From NCBI GenBank assembly GCA_023213395.1, contig CM041465.1, positions 207,583,741-207,647,740 of the forward strand: DNA of 64,000 nucleotides, in the 5' to 3' direction. A program made the position numbers and the translations under genes. This DNA comes from Cycas panzhihuaensis. Its lineage: Eukaryota; Plantae; Cycadophyta. The notes under the pieces are model-generated. The model worked only from the letters and a program-made list of their open reading frames with translations. It was not told the DNA's origin and made no database searches. Within the stretch, counting starts at the first letter, position 1. Each line of letters opens with the position of its first letter. Shown here one piece after another: positions 1 through 11,218 of this stretch.

Positions 1-325
1 CCATGGATGAAGAAATCCATTCTATTGAAAAGAATGGAACTTGGAATTTGGTAGAATTGCCTAAACACAAACAGGCAATCAGTTGCAAATAGGTCTACAA
101 GACCAAATTCCATTTTGATGGTTCACTTAAAAGGCAGAAAGCACGCCTTGTCGCAAAAGGATTTAAACAAAAAGAAGGCATAGATTATGAAGAAACTTTT
201 GCACCAGTGGCGAACATGAATACCATCAGGCTTCTCTTGGCCTTAGCTGCTCAATGCAAATGGCCTGTTTACCAGAGGGACGTGAAGAGCGCCTTTCTTA
301 ATGGCGATCTTCAGGAGAGGTATAT

Positions 326-862
326 TTGGAGCAACCTCCCGGTTACAAAGTACAAGGCAAGGAGCATCTTGTATATCGCCTAAAAAAGGCGTTATATGGC
401 TTGAAGCAAGCTCCAAGGGCATGGTACTCGAAGATCGATGACTACTTCTTGAGACATGGGTTTCATCGATCTACTTCAAATCCTAATCTGTATATTAAAC
501 ATGAAAAGAACCATGTAATTTTTGTTGCCTTGTATGTTGATGACTTAGTGATCATTGGGAGTGACACTAAGATGATTCATATTCTCCAAGACGACTTGAA
601 GAGAAGTTTCGAGATGACAGATCTTGGACTTCTCCATTACTTTTTAGGCTTTGAGATATGGCAACAGCCAGGCTATATCTTCATCTCCCAAGCGAAATAT
701 TCTTGGGACATTTTGCAGCAGTTCAGGATGCATGACTGCAAATCAACACCTACACCTATGGAGAATGGATCCAAGCTTACTCTCAATGAGGAAGCTGCAC
801 CGGCAGATCCCACACTTTTCCAGCAGTTGATTGGGAGTCTCATTTATCTCACCAACACTTGA
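326..862 (+). pseudogene. copia reverse transcriptase fragment (RVT_2)
   Basis: ORF track; YVDDL catalytic motif, DLGLLHYFLG; flanked by frameshift and stop. Confidence 0.92.
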
Positions 863-1474
863 CCGGATATTTCATTTGCTATTGGGATTTGCTCACATTA
901 CATGTCTCAACCCAATCGACATAATCGAATGCAGCCAAACGCATACTTAAGTACATCAAAGGCACATTGCAGCATGGCCTTGAATATGCACATAATGAGA
1001 ACTTCACTCTGGAAGGGTTCTCGATTCGATTGCAAAGTTGCCAAGATAGCGTAAGATCAACCCTGGATACTGCTTTTTCCCTTGGTTTAGCAGCTTGTTT
1101 CGTGGAGTTGCAAGAAGCAACCCATGTTACCTTGTCCTCCACCGGCAGAGTACAAAGTCGCACAGCAGCTTGTGAGGTTATCCGCTACGACGGATTCTTG
1201 GGGAACTTGACTTGAGCAGGTCACCCCACCGTGATATATTGCGACAATCAAAGTGTGCTCAAGTTAGCTAAGAATCCTTTTCATGCGCAGACAAAACACC
1301 TCGAGGTTCACCATCACTTCATCGAGAGCATGTGCGTAATGGTGATATAACCTCCAAGACAGACCTCTAAGAAGCGGGGCATGAGACATCTTTACCAAGC
1401 CTCTTGGTAGAGAAAAGTTTGTAAAATTCAGAGATGGTCTTGGTGTCCGACTTAACATTGTAAATGTGAGGGGG

Positions 1475-2023
1475 TGTTAAACCTTATGTTTACATGTTAA
1501 GATAATGTACTTTTATTTTAATGTAATATGTGTACTTTTTACTTTAGGGGTGACTTATCACTTAAGTGATAAAGTGTACACCCACATTCTTTCTAGTGAC
1601 ACAACGTTGTCACTAAAGGGTTAAATGGACCCTTACGCATTTTTGCTCACATGAGAGCCCAAAAGGACACATGTCCTACATGCAAGGCATGTATCTTGGA
1701 TGTTTGACACTTGTCAAACATCCAAGGCCTTAGGTCTCTCATTTCACTCTATATAATGAGACCTCTCCTCATTGTCTTAGAAGAGAGTTGAGTCAGATTG
1801 TTATGTCGGTTTGCTAATCAAACTGTTCATTCTTTGGAGATTGGACCAATTCCAACTCCACATATTGAGTATCATTTTCTCTTGCTCCTTCATTCATGTT
1901 TTGTCTCTTTGCTTTCTCTTTACCTTGAGATTATTATACTTGTTTGTATTTCTGCAACTAGAACTAGAGTGATCCTAGTTTCTAGATCTAGGGACTGTTG
2001 AGGCCATCTAGCCTCTTTTCACA
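1475..2023 (+). repeat. 3' LTR of copia (same family as LTRs at ~34394-34843, ~44860-45035, ~54022-54557)
   Basis: TG...CA termini after PPT; shared blocks (tgtttgacacttgtcaaaca, acccacattctttctag) found in reverse complement in the other LTRs. Confidence 0.85.
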
Positions 2024-3225
2024 AAATATACTTGGGAAATTCTAAAGAAATTCATAATGGAAGATTATAAACTTGCACTTGTCCCCACGGAGATAGGTTC
2101 TAGATTAACAACAGAAAATGGTGGAGCAAACACTAATTCTACACTGTACAAACAACTAGTGGGAAGTTCAATATACCTAATCACTACTAAACCTAATGTA
2201 TCTTATGCAGTTGGAATAGTGTCCAAGTTTATGACATCGCTAAAATGGAGTCATTGGAAAACTACAAAATGAATTCTTAAATATTTGAAAGGAACAATGC
2301 ATTATGGACTTAGATTCTAGCATAACAATAATTTCAAGTTGACAGGATTCACAGATTCTGATTGGGTTGGATGTGCAAATAGTAGAAGGTCAACTTCTAA
2401 GTATTGTTTCAGTATGGGTTCAACTATAGTTACATGAAATAGCAAAGGTATGGGTTGCTTAATCCTCTACTGAAGTAGAATATACAAGGTTGCAATTACA
2501 ATGGCTACAAAAGCCATTTGGTTACATCAGATTTTGGAGGACATGGGACTACAACAATCAGAATCAACCATTTTGTATTGTGATAATTAGAGTGCTTTCA
2601 AGATTGCTAAAAATCTTGTGTTCCACACTTGCACCAAATATATCGAGATGCACAATCACTTTATTCAGGAGTTGATTCAGAAAGGTGTGATAGAAATGGT
2701 GTATAGACCTACAAAAGTATAGTTTGCTAACATCTTCACCAAATTTTTGGCATGTGATAGATTCCAAACTCTTGGGAATGGTTTAGGTGTCAAGAGAAAC
2801 AAAATAAACATTAAGGGGTAGTGTTAGATATTACTATTTATTTTGAGGTTCATAACCTTAAATTATGGACCTCCCCTTTAATTTTTGTATTATATTAATT
2901 TAGAATTATTTTATATTTTGTGAAGTGATGAGTGGGGATTACAACTCTCACCTCATGTGTCAAGACATATAAGATTATTATCATTTTCATTATTGTATAT
3001 AGTATGTGTAGGACATTTGTAATAGGCAATGAGTGATAAGTAAGAATTATTGAGTCACTTGTGTAATGTGAGACATTTATTGGATAGAGATTTTATCAAA
3101 GTTTTTAGAATCAATTTCTAATATTTTAATAGTTAATCCTATTAATTATTGCCTCCATTGCATGCCTCACTGCAACATTGGGAACCCTACAAGTATCTAG
3201 AAATCTTCTTTGCAATTTTCCAACA
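2024..3225 (+). mobile_element. older copia remnant (RT C-terminus, RNaseH, PPT, 3' LTR 2822-3225)
   Basis: KYTWEILKKF..LYKQLVGSSIYL..GFTDSDW; PPT AAGGGGTAG before TGTTAG at 2822; LTR ends CCAACA at 3225. Confidence 0.85.
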
Positions 3226-3870
3226 ACACTACTTTGACTTTGACATGAACCTCAAAACCATCTCGACTACAAAAGTGATACTCGATCTAGTTGTAGTCAG
3301 GTAAACAAGACTCCAACGAATTGCTTGTACAATGTGCTATATACTTGGTTTTCATCATCTTGAAATACCTAGTTTTCATCATCCAAAGTTGTTAGGTTTA
3401 TTTCCATTTCCATGGGGGTTGGAATAGGTTTACAATCCTCCATTTTGAATTTTTTTTAAAAAATCCATGTGTACTTAGCCTATAAAATAAAGATCTTCCT
3501 AGGCTTCTGCCATACCTCTACTCCAACAAAATAGTGTGGTAGTCAATGATCTATCATCTCAAAGGCATTCTTGAGATCATTTTTAAGGTCTTCAACCACT
3601 AAGATATCATTAACTTTGATGACTAAATCATCCACATACAAAATTACAAAAGTTATTGATCTCCCTTCCTAAACTTTGATGTATAGGTTTGGATCAACTA
3701 TTAATCTTCCAAACTCATTCTTGAGAAAACACCTGTTGATCTTAGAATACCAAGCCCTTGAAACTTGCTTTAAACAAAGGTTTTTTCTGACAACACATAA
3801 GGCGTTCCTTACCCTTTGCAACACACCTAGGTGGTTGCTCCATATTGATTTCTTCTATAAGATCTCCGTT

Positions 3871-5671
3871 GCGAAAAAATACTTTCTTTTGCTCGTGAGT
3901 CTATGGGTGTCGAAGTGTTTCCTCTACTTGAACTTTACCTTGTTTCTACCTCTCGAAAGCTATGATATAAGCATATGAAAACTGGTACCACTTGTTGAGT
4001 ATGAAAGCTTCTCTAGTCTAATTAACAAACCAATCATGAACTCTTTCGTCTAGTAACATTTCTAAGACTAGTCCATACTCTTCAATTTCTGTATCGAACA
4101 TGAATTTATGAATGATCTTGATGGTTTCTAGCCATTTTTTCACGTCATTGTATTCCTCCAGATTAAAAAAAAAATTTATCTCTATTTTTTTCTATCAATG
4201 AAAGTTGTACTTCAATGATTAAAATCTATATCATTTGCTGGTCAAAATTATCACATATGACCACTTGTAATGATCGTCTCTAAACCAGGATTCCAACAGT
4301 TTATACGACACCTCAATCTGATACTTGTAACCCAAGTTATGGACGAAAATGTCTAGGTATCCCTTTCTTAAAAATAAAGCAAAAATGATCTAACTTTTTC
4401 TTCATTGACCCAAGTTGAGTGATTCCTTTTCCTGAATGAAAAGAACTTCAAAACATCTTCAATGGGCCATTTTGAGGTGATTTGGAGCTTTGTAGCTCCT
4501 ATAATGGCCCTCACAAGTTGGATAAAAAATCTAAATTTTAGGGCAACAATAGTACTCTCCACTAAAATAGCAATAACTTTTGAACTAGATCTCCAATTTG
4601 AAATAATTTTTTAGAAGTAATCTATGCTTCAAGCCACATCAATTCAAAAAAAATTGAGGTCATTTAGATACATGTAACAATAGTTATGGCCCTTTTTATG
4701 TGGATCGTAATTAGGGTTTCTAGGGACTACAACAGTACCTGTTACTAAAATGCTGATAACTTTTTACTCCAATATCCAATGGATTTGAAACCACTTTCAA
4801 CAAAAACTAGACACCAAGACACACAAATTCGAAAAAATTTTGAGGAAAGTAGACACCAAGACACACAAATTCGAAAAACAATTGAGGTCAATCGAACATT
4901 TGTAACAAAAGTTATAAACATTTGAAGTTACGATAATAGATTTTTAGACCCTAAAAATAGTGATGCACAATACGCTGAAATTAAATTTCCTGTAATTTTC
5001 ACAATTTCACTCCAAAACCTATAATATAACCACCCAAAATTTGTAGAATAGGCCTGGTCAACTCAAATTTGTGGTTATTTTTCCCACATTCTTCCATTTA
5101 TATTGCTAAAAATAAAGCTATAATACTAATTGTAGTGGGCCTAATTCTCGAACAATAAATAGAAATAGTATTTTCAGCCGATAACAGTAATATCCACATA
5201 TATTCATAGTAGATATCATACATTTACAACAATAAATCCTCATAAAGTATCACTCAGTAATCATAGTTCATCTATCCATGCCGTATAATATCCATACATT
5301 GATAAATAACAACAGAAATTGAAGTAATAAATAATAATATCATAATAACAAAACCTAGTGCAATATCCAACAAATGTCCCTCTTCAAGGTGAGAGTAGTC
5401 CTTCAATTTGGCACGAATGTGCCCTAATGGCACAAGGCCATCATCCTAAGTACAATAAATTCTCCAAGAATGTTTTACAAATAATCAAGCCTTTCTATTT
5501 ATAGCCTTTGTTTTCTCTCTCAAAAACCAACTCCTAATTCTCTTTCTAAAACTCTGACTTCATAATAAAATATATTAAATGATTCATTCTTTAATCTTCC
5601 TAGAAACTGACTTCTTAATAATAATTTCATCTATAGAAAATCGATTTCTTCCTTATATTACGAATGCTACA
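3871..5671 (-). mobile_element. truncated gypsy-type element: ~1.4 kb 5' LTR (4266-5671) plus start of gag
   Basis: minus strand TGTAGC...ATTACA followed by AGTGG (PBS-like); gag-like DVKKWLETI...VHDWF...KWYQFSYAY downstream. Confidence 0.55.
4808..4890. repeat. ~42-bp tandem duplication
   Basis: tagacaccaagacacacaaattcgaaaaa.a.ttgagg occurs twice in tandem. Confidence 0.85.
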
Positions 5672-7040
5672 GAGCCTATAACTATTTCCCTATCATCTTT
5701 TTCGAAGATGACATATTCAGTCATATGAAGCCTTTTGGTTTTCAACTCAGATACCCAATGTGCTTTGCATTTTTCATTGTATCCAACTAAGATACACTTG
5801 GGAACTTTTATCATCAAATTTTTTTCCGTCCTCTTTTAATATGTGCATGTATGCAATGTAGTGAAGATCCTCAAATAGCTCATTGTAGGCTTTGTGCTTG
5901 ACCAAGCTTCTTCTAATGTCATGTTCGAGACAACTTTGGTGGAACTTTGATTCATCAAATAAATTATTGCACACACAACTTTTGCCTAAAAGGGTTATGG
6001 GAGATCTCTACCCTTTATCATAGACCTGAATTTTTCCACCAAAGTCCTACTTATCCTCTTCACAACTCCATTCTGTTGAGGCATGTATGTTGTAGTTAGT
6101 TGTTTGTTGATTCCTTAGTTCTTATAATATTGTACAAATGCTTTGGAGGTGGCATTCACCCTCATTATTTGATCTAAAGATTTTTAACCTTTGACTACTC
6201 TCATTCTCCATTAGTCCTTTGCACTCCTTGAAAATGTCGAAAGTCTAAGATTTCTCATTTATGGCATAGACCCAAACTTTTCTAGAAAAATCATCAATGA
6301 AGGTCAAGAAATATCTTCCACCTCCAATTGAAGTCATCGGCCTTGGACCACATGCTTGAGTGGACAAGGTTTAGTTTCTCCTTCACTCTCCAAGCTTTGC
6401 TTTCTCAAACTTCTCCCAATGTTGTTTTCCCATGATGTAGGGTTCACATAGGCTATTTCTCGGTTTGACTTTAATAAGACCGTGAACCATGCTTATCTAT
6501 GCATTAAATGAAGACAAGAGTAGTGTAAATGTCTCATTTGTTCATTCCATAACTGATTTTTGAAGTTTACATTTGCAGTGAAGGATCTCTGGTTCACAAA
6601 TTTACCTTTGAGACTGTAAAAACCATCATCTATAATTCATATAGCAACAATTTTTTTATCACCATCTCCAATGATACATTTACCATTCTCAAAAAGGGCA
6701 CTAATTTTGTTGTCTACAATCTCATTAACAAATATCAGATTTTTCTTCAACCCAAGAACAAACAAAACATTGCCGATGTAATACTCTTCTCCATCCAATG
6801 TGATGATAGGAACCTCTCCTATACCTTCTGCCTTTAACTCTTTGTCATCACCTGGTATCATTGTCTAACCAGTTGCCTCCCATGTGTCTAAACTGCTCTA
6901 ATTTACTTGTCATTTGTCTAGAAGCACCTGGATCTATGAACCACACATCATTTAATCCATGGCCATTCTAAGATGCCGCAATAAAGAGTTTTCTTTTCTT
7001 GTTACCTCTGTCAAAAGAATGACCAAAAAAATGTCTGGAT

Positions 7041-7352
7041 TGTTGAAGAAATTAATGTTTTACTAGGTTCATAACTTTGAGTTATGAGCCTCCTCTCCTT
7101 TTTGAATTGTACTTAAATATTTATTATTATTATAATTAATATGGGAATGGTGAGTTGTTGGGGGTTATTCAACATTCCACACTAGTGTCAAATTGGGAGA
7201 TTATAAATATTCCTTGTGTAATTGTTTATATGCACGTTGATTATGCATTGAGAAATTAATGAAAATGAGATGAGTTAATATGCTCTAGAAATTATTTTTC
7301 TGGGTATTATTGTCTATCCATTTTCACTTAAATCTTAGTTTGTATGTCAACA
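7041..7352 (+). repeat. 5' LTR of a copia (related to LTR 2822-3225); its PBS resumes at 10832 after an insertion
   Basis: TGTTGA...TCAACA; shares aggttcataac.tt.a.ttatg block with the 2822 LTR; removing 7354-10832 restores TCAACA-TGGTATAAG (PBS-like). Confidence 0.75.
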
Positions 7353-7353
7353 T

Positions 7354-7588
7354 TGTTACAAACCTTCTCTGTAACTTAAGAAGACAGTTGATATTATACA
7401 AGTGCACTTGAAATATTAAATAGTCAAAATAGACATCATAAGTTGATTGATAAATAAGTGATGATAAATGTTATAATTGGATGCATATTTATATGCATAG
7501 AATAGAGTTCTTTCATAGATGGGTGCAACCATTTGATGAGGCCCTTGATAATAATTGGTTAATTATTTCTTTAGGGTGGTTCATTACA
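7354..7588 (-). repeat. 3' LTR of BRCT-carrying element
   Basis: direct repeat of 10593-10827; adjacent PPT. Confidence 0.93.
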
Positions 7589-7898
7589 AGACCCCTTCTT
7601 GGAATGTTTTGTCATCGAAACATAATTGAGATAACGATTGGTTCGATGTTGCCTCTTGCTAATAAAAGGATATCATAATCATCTGACATATGTCGTCGAG
7701 TTGTAATTTAAACAATAACGAATATGAATACAAGGGCAAGCTTGAATAAGTTGATGCGATTGTGGATCAGTTAGAATTCTTTGATAGATGCAGACTACAA
7801 AAATGTTGAATTTCTATATGCCCTTGTCTACAAGTTGAAGGTTGCTGCCAAGAAATCTTCCATTCAATTTTGACTTCAATCTATCCATAGACGTAGTA

Positions 7899-8369
7899 TT
7901 ATCTTAGAATATATGATTTTATACCAATGCTTGGGATCTTCTCAAATTCATTAGGAGATGAAATAATTATTGTTGACACTGGGGAATCCTTCGATATATA
8001 TGATGTAAATATTTGGCTCATATTATTTGCTTGATTAGGAGGTGAACTTGTTAGTGTCAGTATTAGTAACTTTTGTTCAGATTGATCAATAGATATTATT
8101 GGCATTGGTTGGTTCTTCTCAAATTGATCAAGTAACGTGGATGTCATCACTAATATTATCAACTTTTCTAACATATACTTGATATATTCTTTTGGGAATA
8201 ACATTAAATTTTTGTCCTTGTTAGCTATCAATGGTTTATCCTTATTTTTTTGTTGTGTACTATTTTCTTCTTCTTGGATGCTCAAATTATGTGTTGGGAT
8301 TATGATTTGGTTTGTAAGCCCTTTTTCTTTTTGTATTGCATGATCTTGTAGTCCATTGGTTTTTAGCAT
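7899..8369 (-). pseudogene. low-complexity ORF remnant downstream of BRCT within the element, product unknown
   Basis: 156-aa ORF in track, same strand as BRCT; no recognisable domain. Confidence 0.4.
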
Positions 8370-8538
8370 AGATGTACCATCTTCGTCTATCTTGTTGACA
8401 TATTTATCTATATGTTCTTCATGATTTTTAGATAATTTTTTTTGATGTAATTCTTGTAATCTTCTTACTTGCTCTTTTAATTTTTTTGTCTAATGCTAAC
8501 AAGTGGGCATCATTGAGGTTTACTAGTGTCAAAGAAAA

Positions 8539-9403
8539 TTATTTATATTCACCTCTACCATCTATGTCTAAAAATTTCTCACTCGTTTTAAGTTTTTCAC
8601 GAGTCTTTGCTTCTATATGTTCTTTGGGTGAAAATTTTATCTTTGACAATTCCTTGTTCGTAAAAATCAATTTGTTTGATGTAAAATATGAAAGGGGTTT
8701 GGAATTTGGAACCACAAGAGGTTCATGTAAACCAGTAGAATAACTGTGTGAGACTTGGTTGTGTGTTGACAACAGAGGTAGACAACTTCTGCTATCTCGA
8801 ACATCCTCTGAATCACTAGCCTTTGCCTCCAAGAGCTTCACTTCCCATCCACTTTTCAAGTTATTTTCTTCGGGAAATAATGTCCAAACCTTTAAACAAT
8901 CTTCAAGACAATGATAGTTGACTAGTTTTAATCTCATTTGTTTAGCAGCCTTGTACTTGTCCCCTTCATACTTGTAACAAATGAGATGTGTTACTTCACT
9001 CGCAGTCAATGGCTTTGTAAACTGTGCTCCCATTGTTTCAACCATTCTCATAATGTCACAACGATCTTGACCTTGATATCCTATTAAGCAAATGCATAAG
9101 GATGCACTATTAGGAATGTCAATCATATCTCTTATAGGTCTGTACTAAATCTTATTAGTATCTGCAAGCATTCCCTTGGTCAAACTATTTGCAACTCATA
9201 AGTGTGTAACCAACAACTTTCCATCCTTTCTGGCCATAACACAAATGGGATCATTATATGTAAGCTAGTACATGAGTACAATTTACATCATATCATCCCA
9301 TGTTGAATGCCCCATTGCACTCAAGTTCTATTGTATATTCATTTTGTGTTGTAGGATCAAATCCTACTAGCACAAATTTTACTCCTTAAAATAATACTCC
9401 CAT
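8539..9403 (-). pseudogene. intronless tandem-BRCT domain sequence (At4g02110-like BRCT protein N-terminus), captured
   Basis: MGVLF*GVKFVLVGFDP...CTHV...YNDPICVMARKDGK...MLADTNKI*YRPIRDMIDIPNSASLCICLIGYQGQDRCDIMRMVETMGAQFTKPL...VTHLICYKYEGDKY...KLVNYHCLEDCLKVWTLFPE...EAKASDSED matches my recall of At4g02110-type proteins; stops and a frameshift in BRCT1; homology ends near 8800. Confidence 0.85.
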
Positions 9404-10578
9404 TTCCGTATAGAGCTCGTCTTCCCAAAAACTATCATGATATGCATTGACTTAATGAAATATATTGTTGTAGATTTTTATGTTATTGTTACACCTTATA
9501 ATATGTGCAATCGCCTCTGGAGTTTTATTGAATATCCACAAAGAGTTCTTGGTGTTTATTGAATCTAATCATCGTGCTATAGATGGAGTGAAGCTTAGTA
9601 GTGATGTATTATTTGATGGGACGACGACGGTGGATGCATTGTAAGCAACATAGTGGTTGATGCGTGGTTGTTGTTGACTGACAATGTGAATAGTTTGTAA
9701 GGTGCAATGATTGCGTGGCACTCACAATAATTAGCTATTTTCTGAAGCTATCTCATAGTCAGCGTGGAGTATTACTGTCACGATTTAATGTTTTTTTTTT
9801 TTTTCCCACTACGCATAGTGACTTTCCTCAAGTGTTAAAGCAGAGGCAAAGAGTTTAAATAAAGTGTGATAGCATCAGAGATCAAAGTTGATTAATTGGG
9901 GCAATTTACTTAAGCGTTACAACCACAGTTTTAGCGTATGTTAATATGCGATACCAAATATATATGCTACCTTAATGAGCATTTCCATAAATTGCTAGGC
10001 GGATGACAAATAATTGAATTGCTACGAATTGATGAATGCTATACAGACGAACACTATGGACAAACAGACAGAAAGAAATGTCCATCAACAATTGACTGAA
10101 TGGACAACGAACCACAAGGGACGACAGAACAAACGATGGAATAACACTAACTGTAATGGCCGTCGTTGGCAATGTAACAGCACAATTTACTGAGGCAACG
10201 TTTGGCGATTTGCGTGATGAGCTACACAGACAGCTACGACAATGGCAAGATCATAATATTACATTATGAAGCTGTCTATAGATTGCAATGATAAACACGT
10301 AGTAGCTGAGGTGTTATTGCAATTGCAAGTAGTGATCTGCAACTCTGGTTAGATTTTAATCACCATCTATTTTAATGTCGATGTTATGCAGATATATAAG
10401 GCTAGTGCTTTTTTATTTATTATGTTAGGTCTTTAACGATTGCTTAAATGTTAGGTTATTCAACTTAATTCTAGCCTAAGCAAGGATTAGATGTGTATGT
10501 TTTGACAGATTTAATATTCTTGACTCTGAACGAAAGATGACTTGTTATCCACTGCAATTTTCACAAGACAAGAAAGGG

Positions 10579-10590
10579 GCTCTGATACCA
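10579..10590 (-). promoter_or_regulatory. primer binding site, tRNA-iMet
   Basis: plus strand gctctgatacca = TGGTATCAGAGC, 2 nt from the LTR. Confidence 0.92.
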
Positions 10591-10592
10591 CC

Positions 10593-10827
10593 TGTTACTG
10601 ACCTTCTCTGTAACTTAAGAAGATAGCTGATATTACATAAGTGCACTTGAAATATTGAATTATCAAAATAGGCAACATAAGTTGATTGATAAATAAGTGA
10701 TGATAAATGTTACAATTGGATGCATATTTATATGCATAAAATAGGGTTCTTTCATAGATGGGGACAACCATTCGATGAGACTCTTGATAATAATTGGTTA
10801 ACTATCTCTTTAAGGTGGTTCATAATA
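10593..10827 (-). repeat. 5' LTR of BRCT-carrying element
   Basis: direct repeat of 7354-7588; adjacent tRNA-iMet PBS. Confidence 0.93.
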
Positions 10828-11218
10828 AACATGGTATAAGGGTAGGATAAAGCTCAATTTAAAGCAAGTTTAGTTGTTGTTTTGAGTTGTTTAGGTGCAC
10901 GTTTGCACAAGTCTAAGGTCTATTATGAGTTATTTAGATCCATTTTTTAGTAGGATAGGTTCATAAGAACATATTACTAGTTAATCTTGATCTAATTAGA
11001 ATCAAGTGTGCAATTGTTTAGTAGATGCTTAGAGCTCAATTTAAATTTTTCGAGTCCATGCATGATTAAATTCTAATATTTTTTTCATTTCTATTATATG
11101 CATGCAGTGATGGCAACAACTATGAAGCAGAGGCACTCCCCTTAAGGTCTTCTTTCAGACATAGACCTTTTGAGTACTACGATGCAAACAATTAATGTTA
11201 TTAGTTTCAAAGGGGAGA

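Larger units (their letters stand above)
1..2023 (+). mobile_element. Ty1/copia LTR retrotransposon, 3' part (RT-RNaseH, PPT, 3' LTR); continues left of window
   Basis: RT motifs LKKALYGLKQAPRAW and YVDDL in ORF 326-862; degenerate RNaseH to ~1460; PPT GAGGGGG at 1468-1474; LTR TGTTAA...TTTTCACA 1475-2023; interrupts another copia RT. Confidence 0.93.
3226..7040 (-). mobile_element. degenerate copia internal region (protease/integrase 5672-7040; RT 3226-3870), interrupted by a gypsy fragment
   Basis: minus-strand WFIDPGAS, NVLFVLGLKKNL, YFLTFIDDFSRK, QQNGV, NGDLIEE, LKQVSRAWYSKI, YVDDL motifs with many stops. Confidence 0.85.
7354..10827 (-). mobile_element. structurally complete non-autonomous LTR retrotransposon carrying captured BRCT-domain gene sequence
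   Basis: 235-bp LTRs at 7354-7588 and 10593-10827 (about 24 mismatches by hand count, ~90%); TSD AACAT (7349-7353, 10828-10832); PBS TGGTATCAGAGC at 10579-10590; PPT AGAAGGGG near 7592-7599; no gag/pol motifs seen. Confidence 0.93.

Noticed and set aside
8137-8343. hydrophobic membrane-protein ORF
   Set aside because: Antisense shadow of the A-rich ORF 7899-8369
8539-9126. functional host BRCT gene
   Set aside because: Lies between LTRs with a TSD, has no introns, has stops and a frameshift in the first BRCT, and is truncated
9791-9804. poly(A) tail of the BRCT retrocopy
   Set aside because: The A-run is upstream, not downstream, of the BRCT sequence on the minus strand
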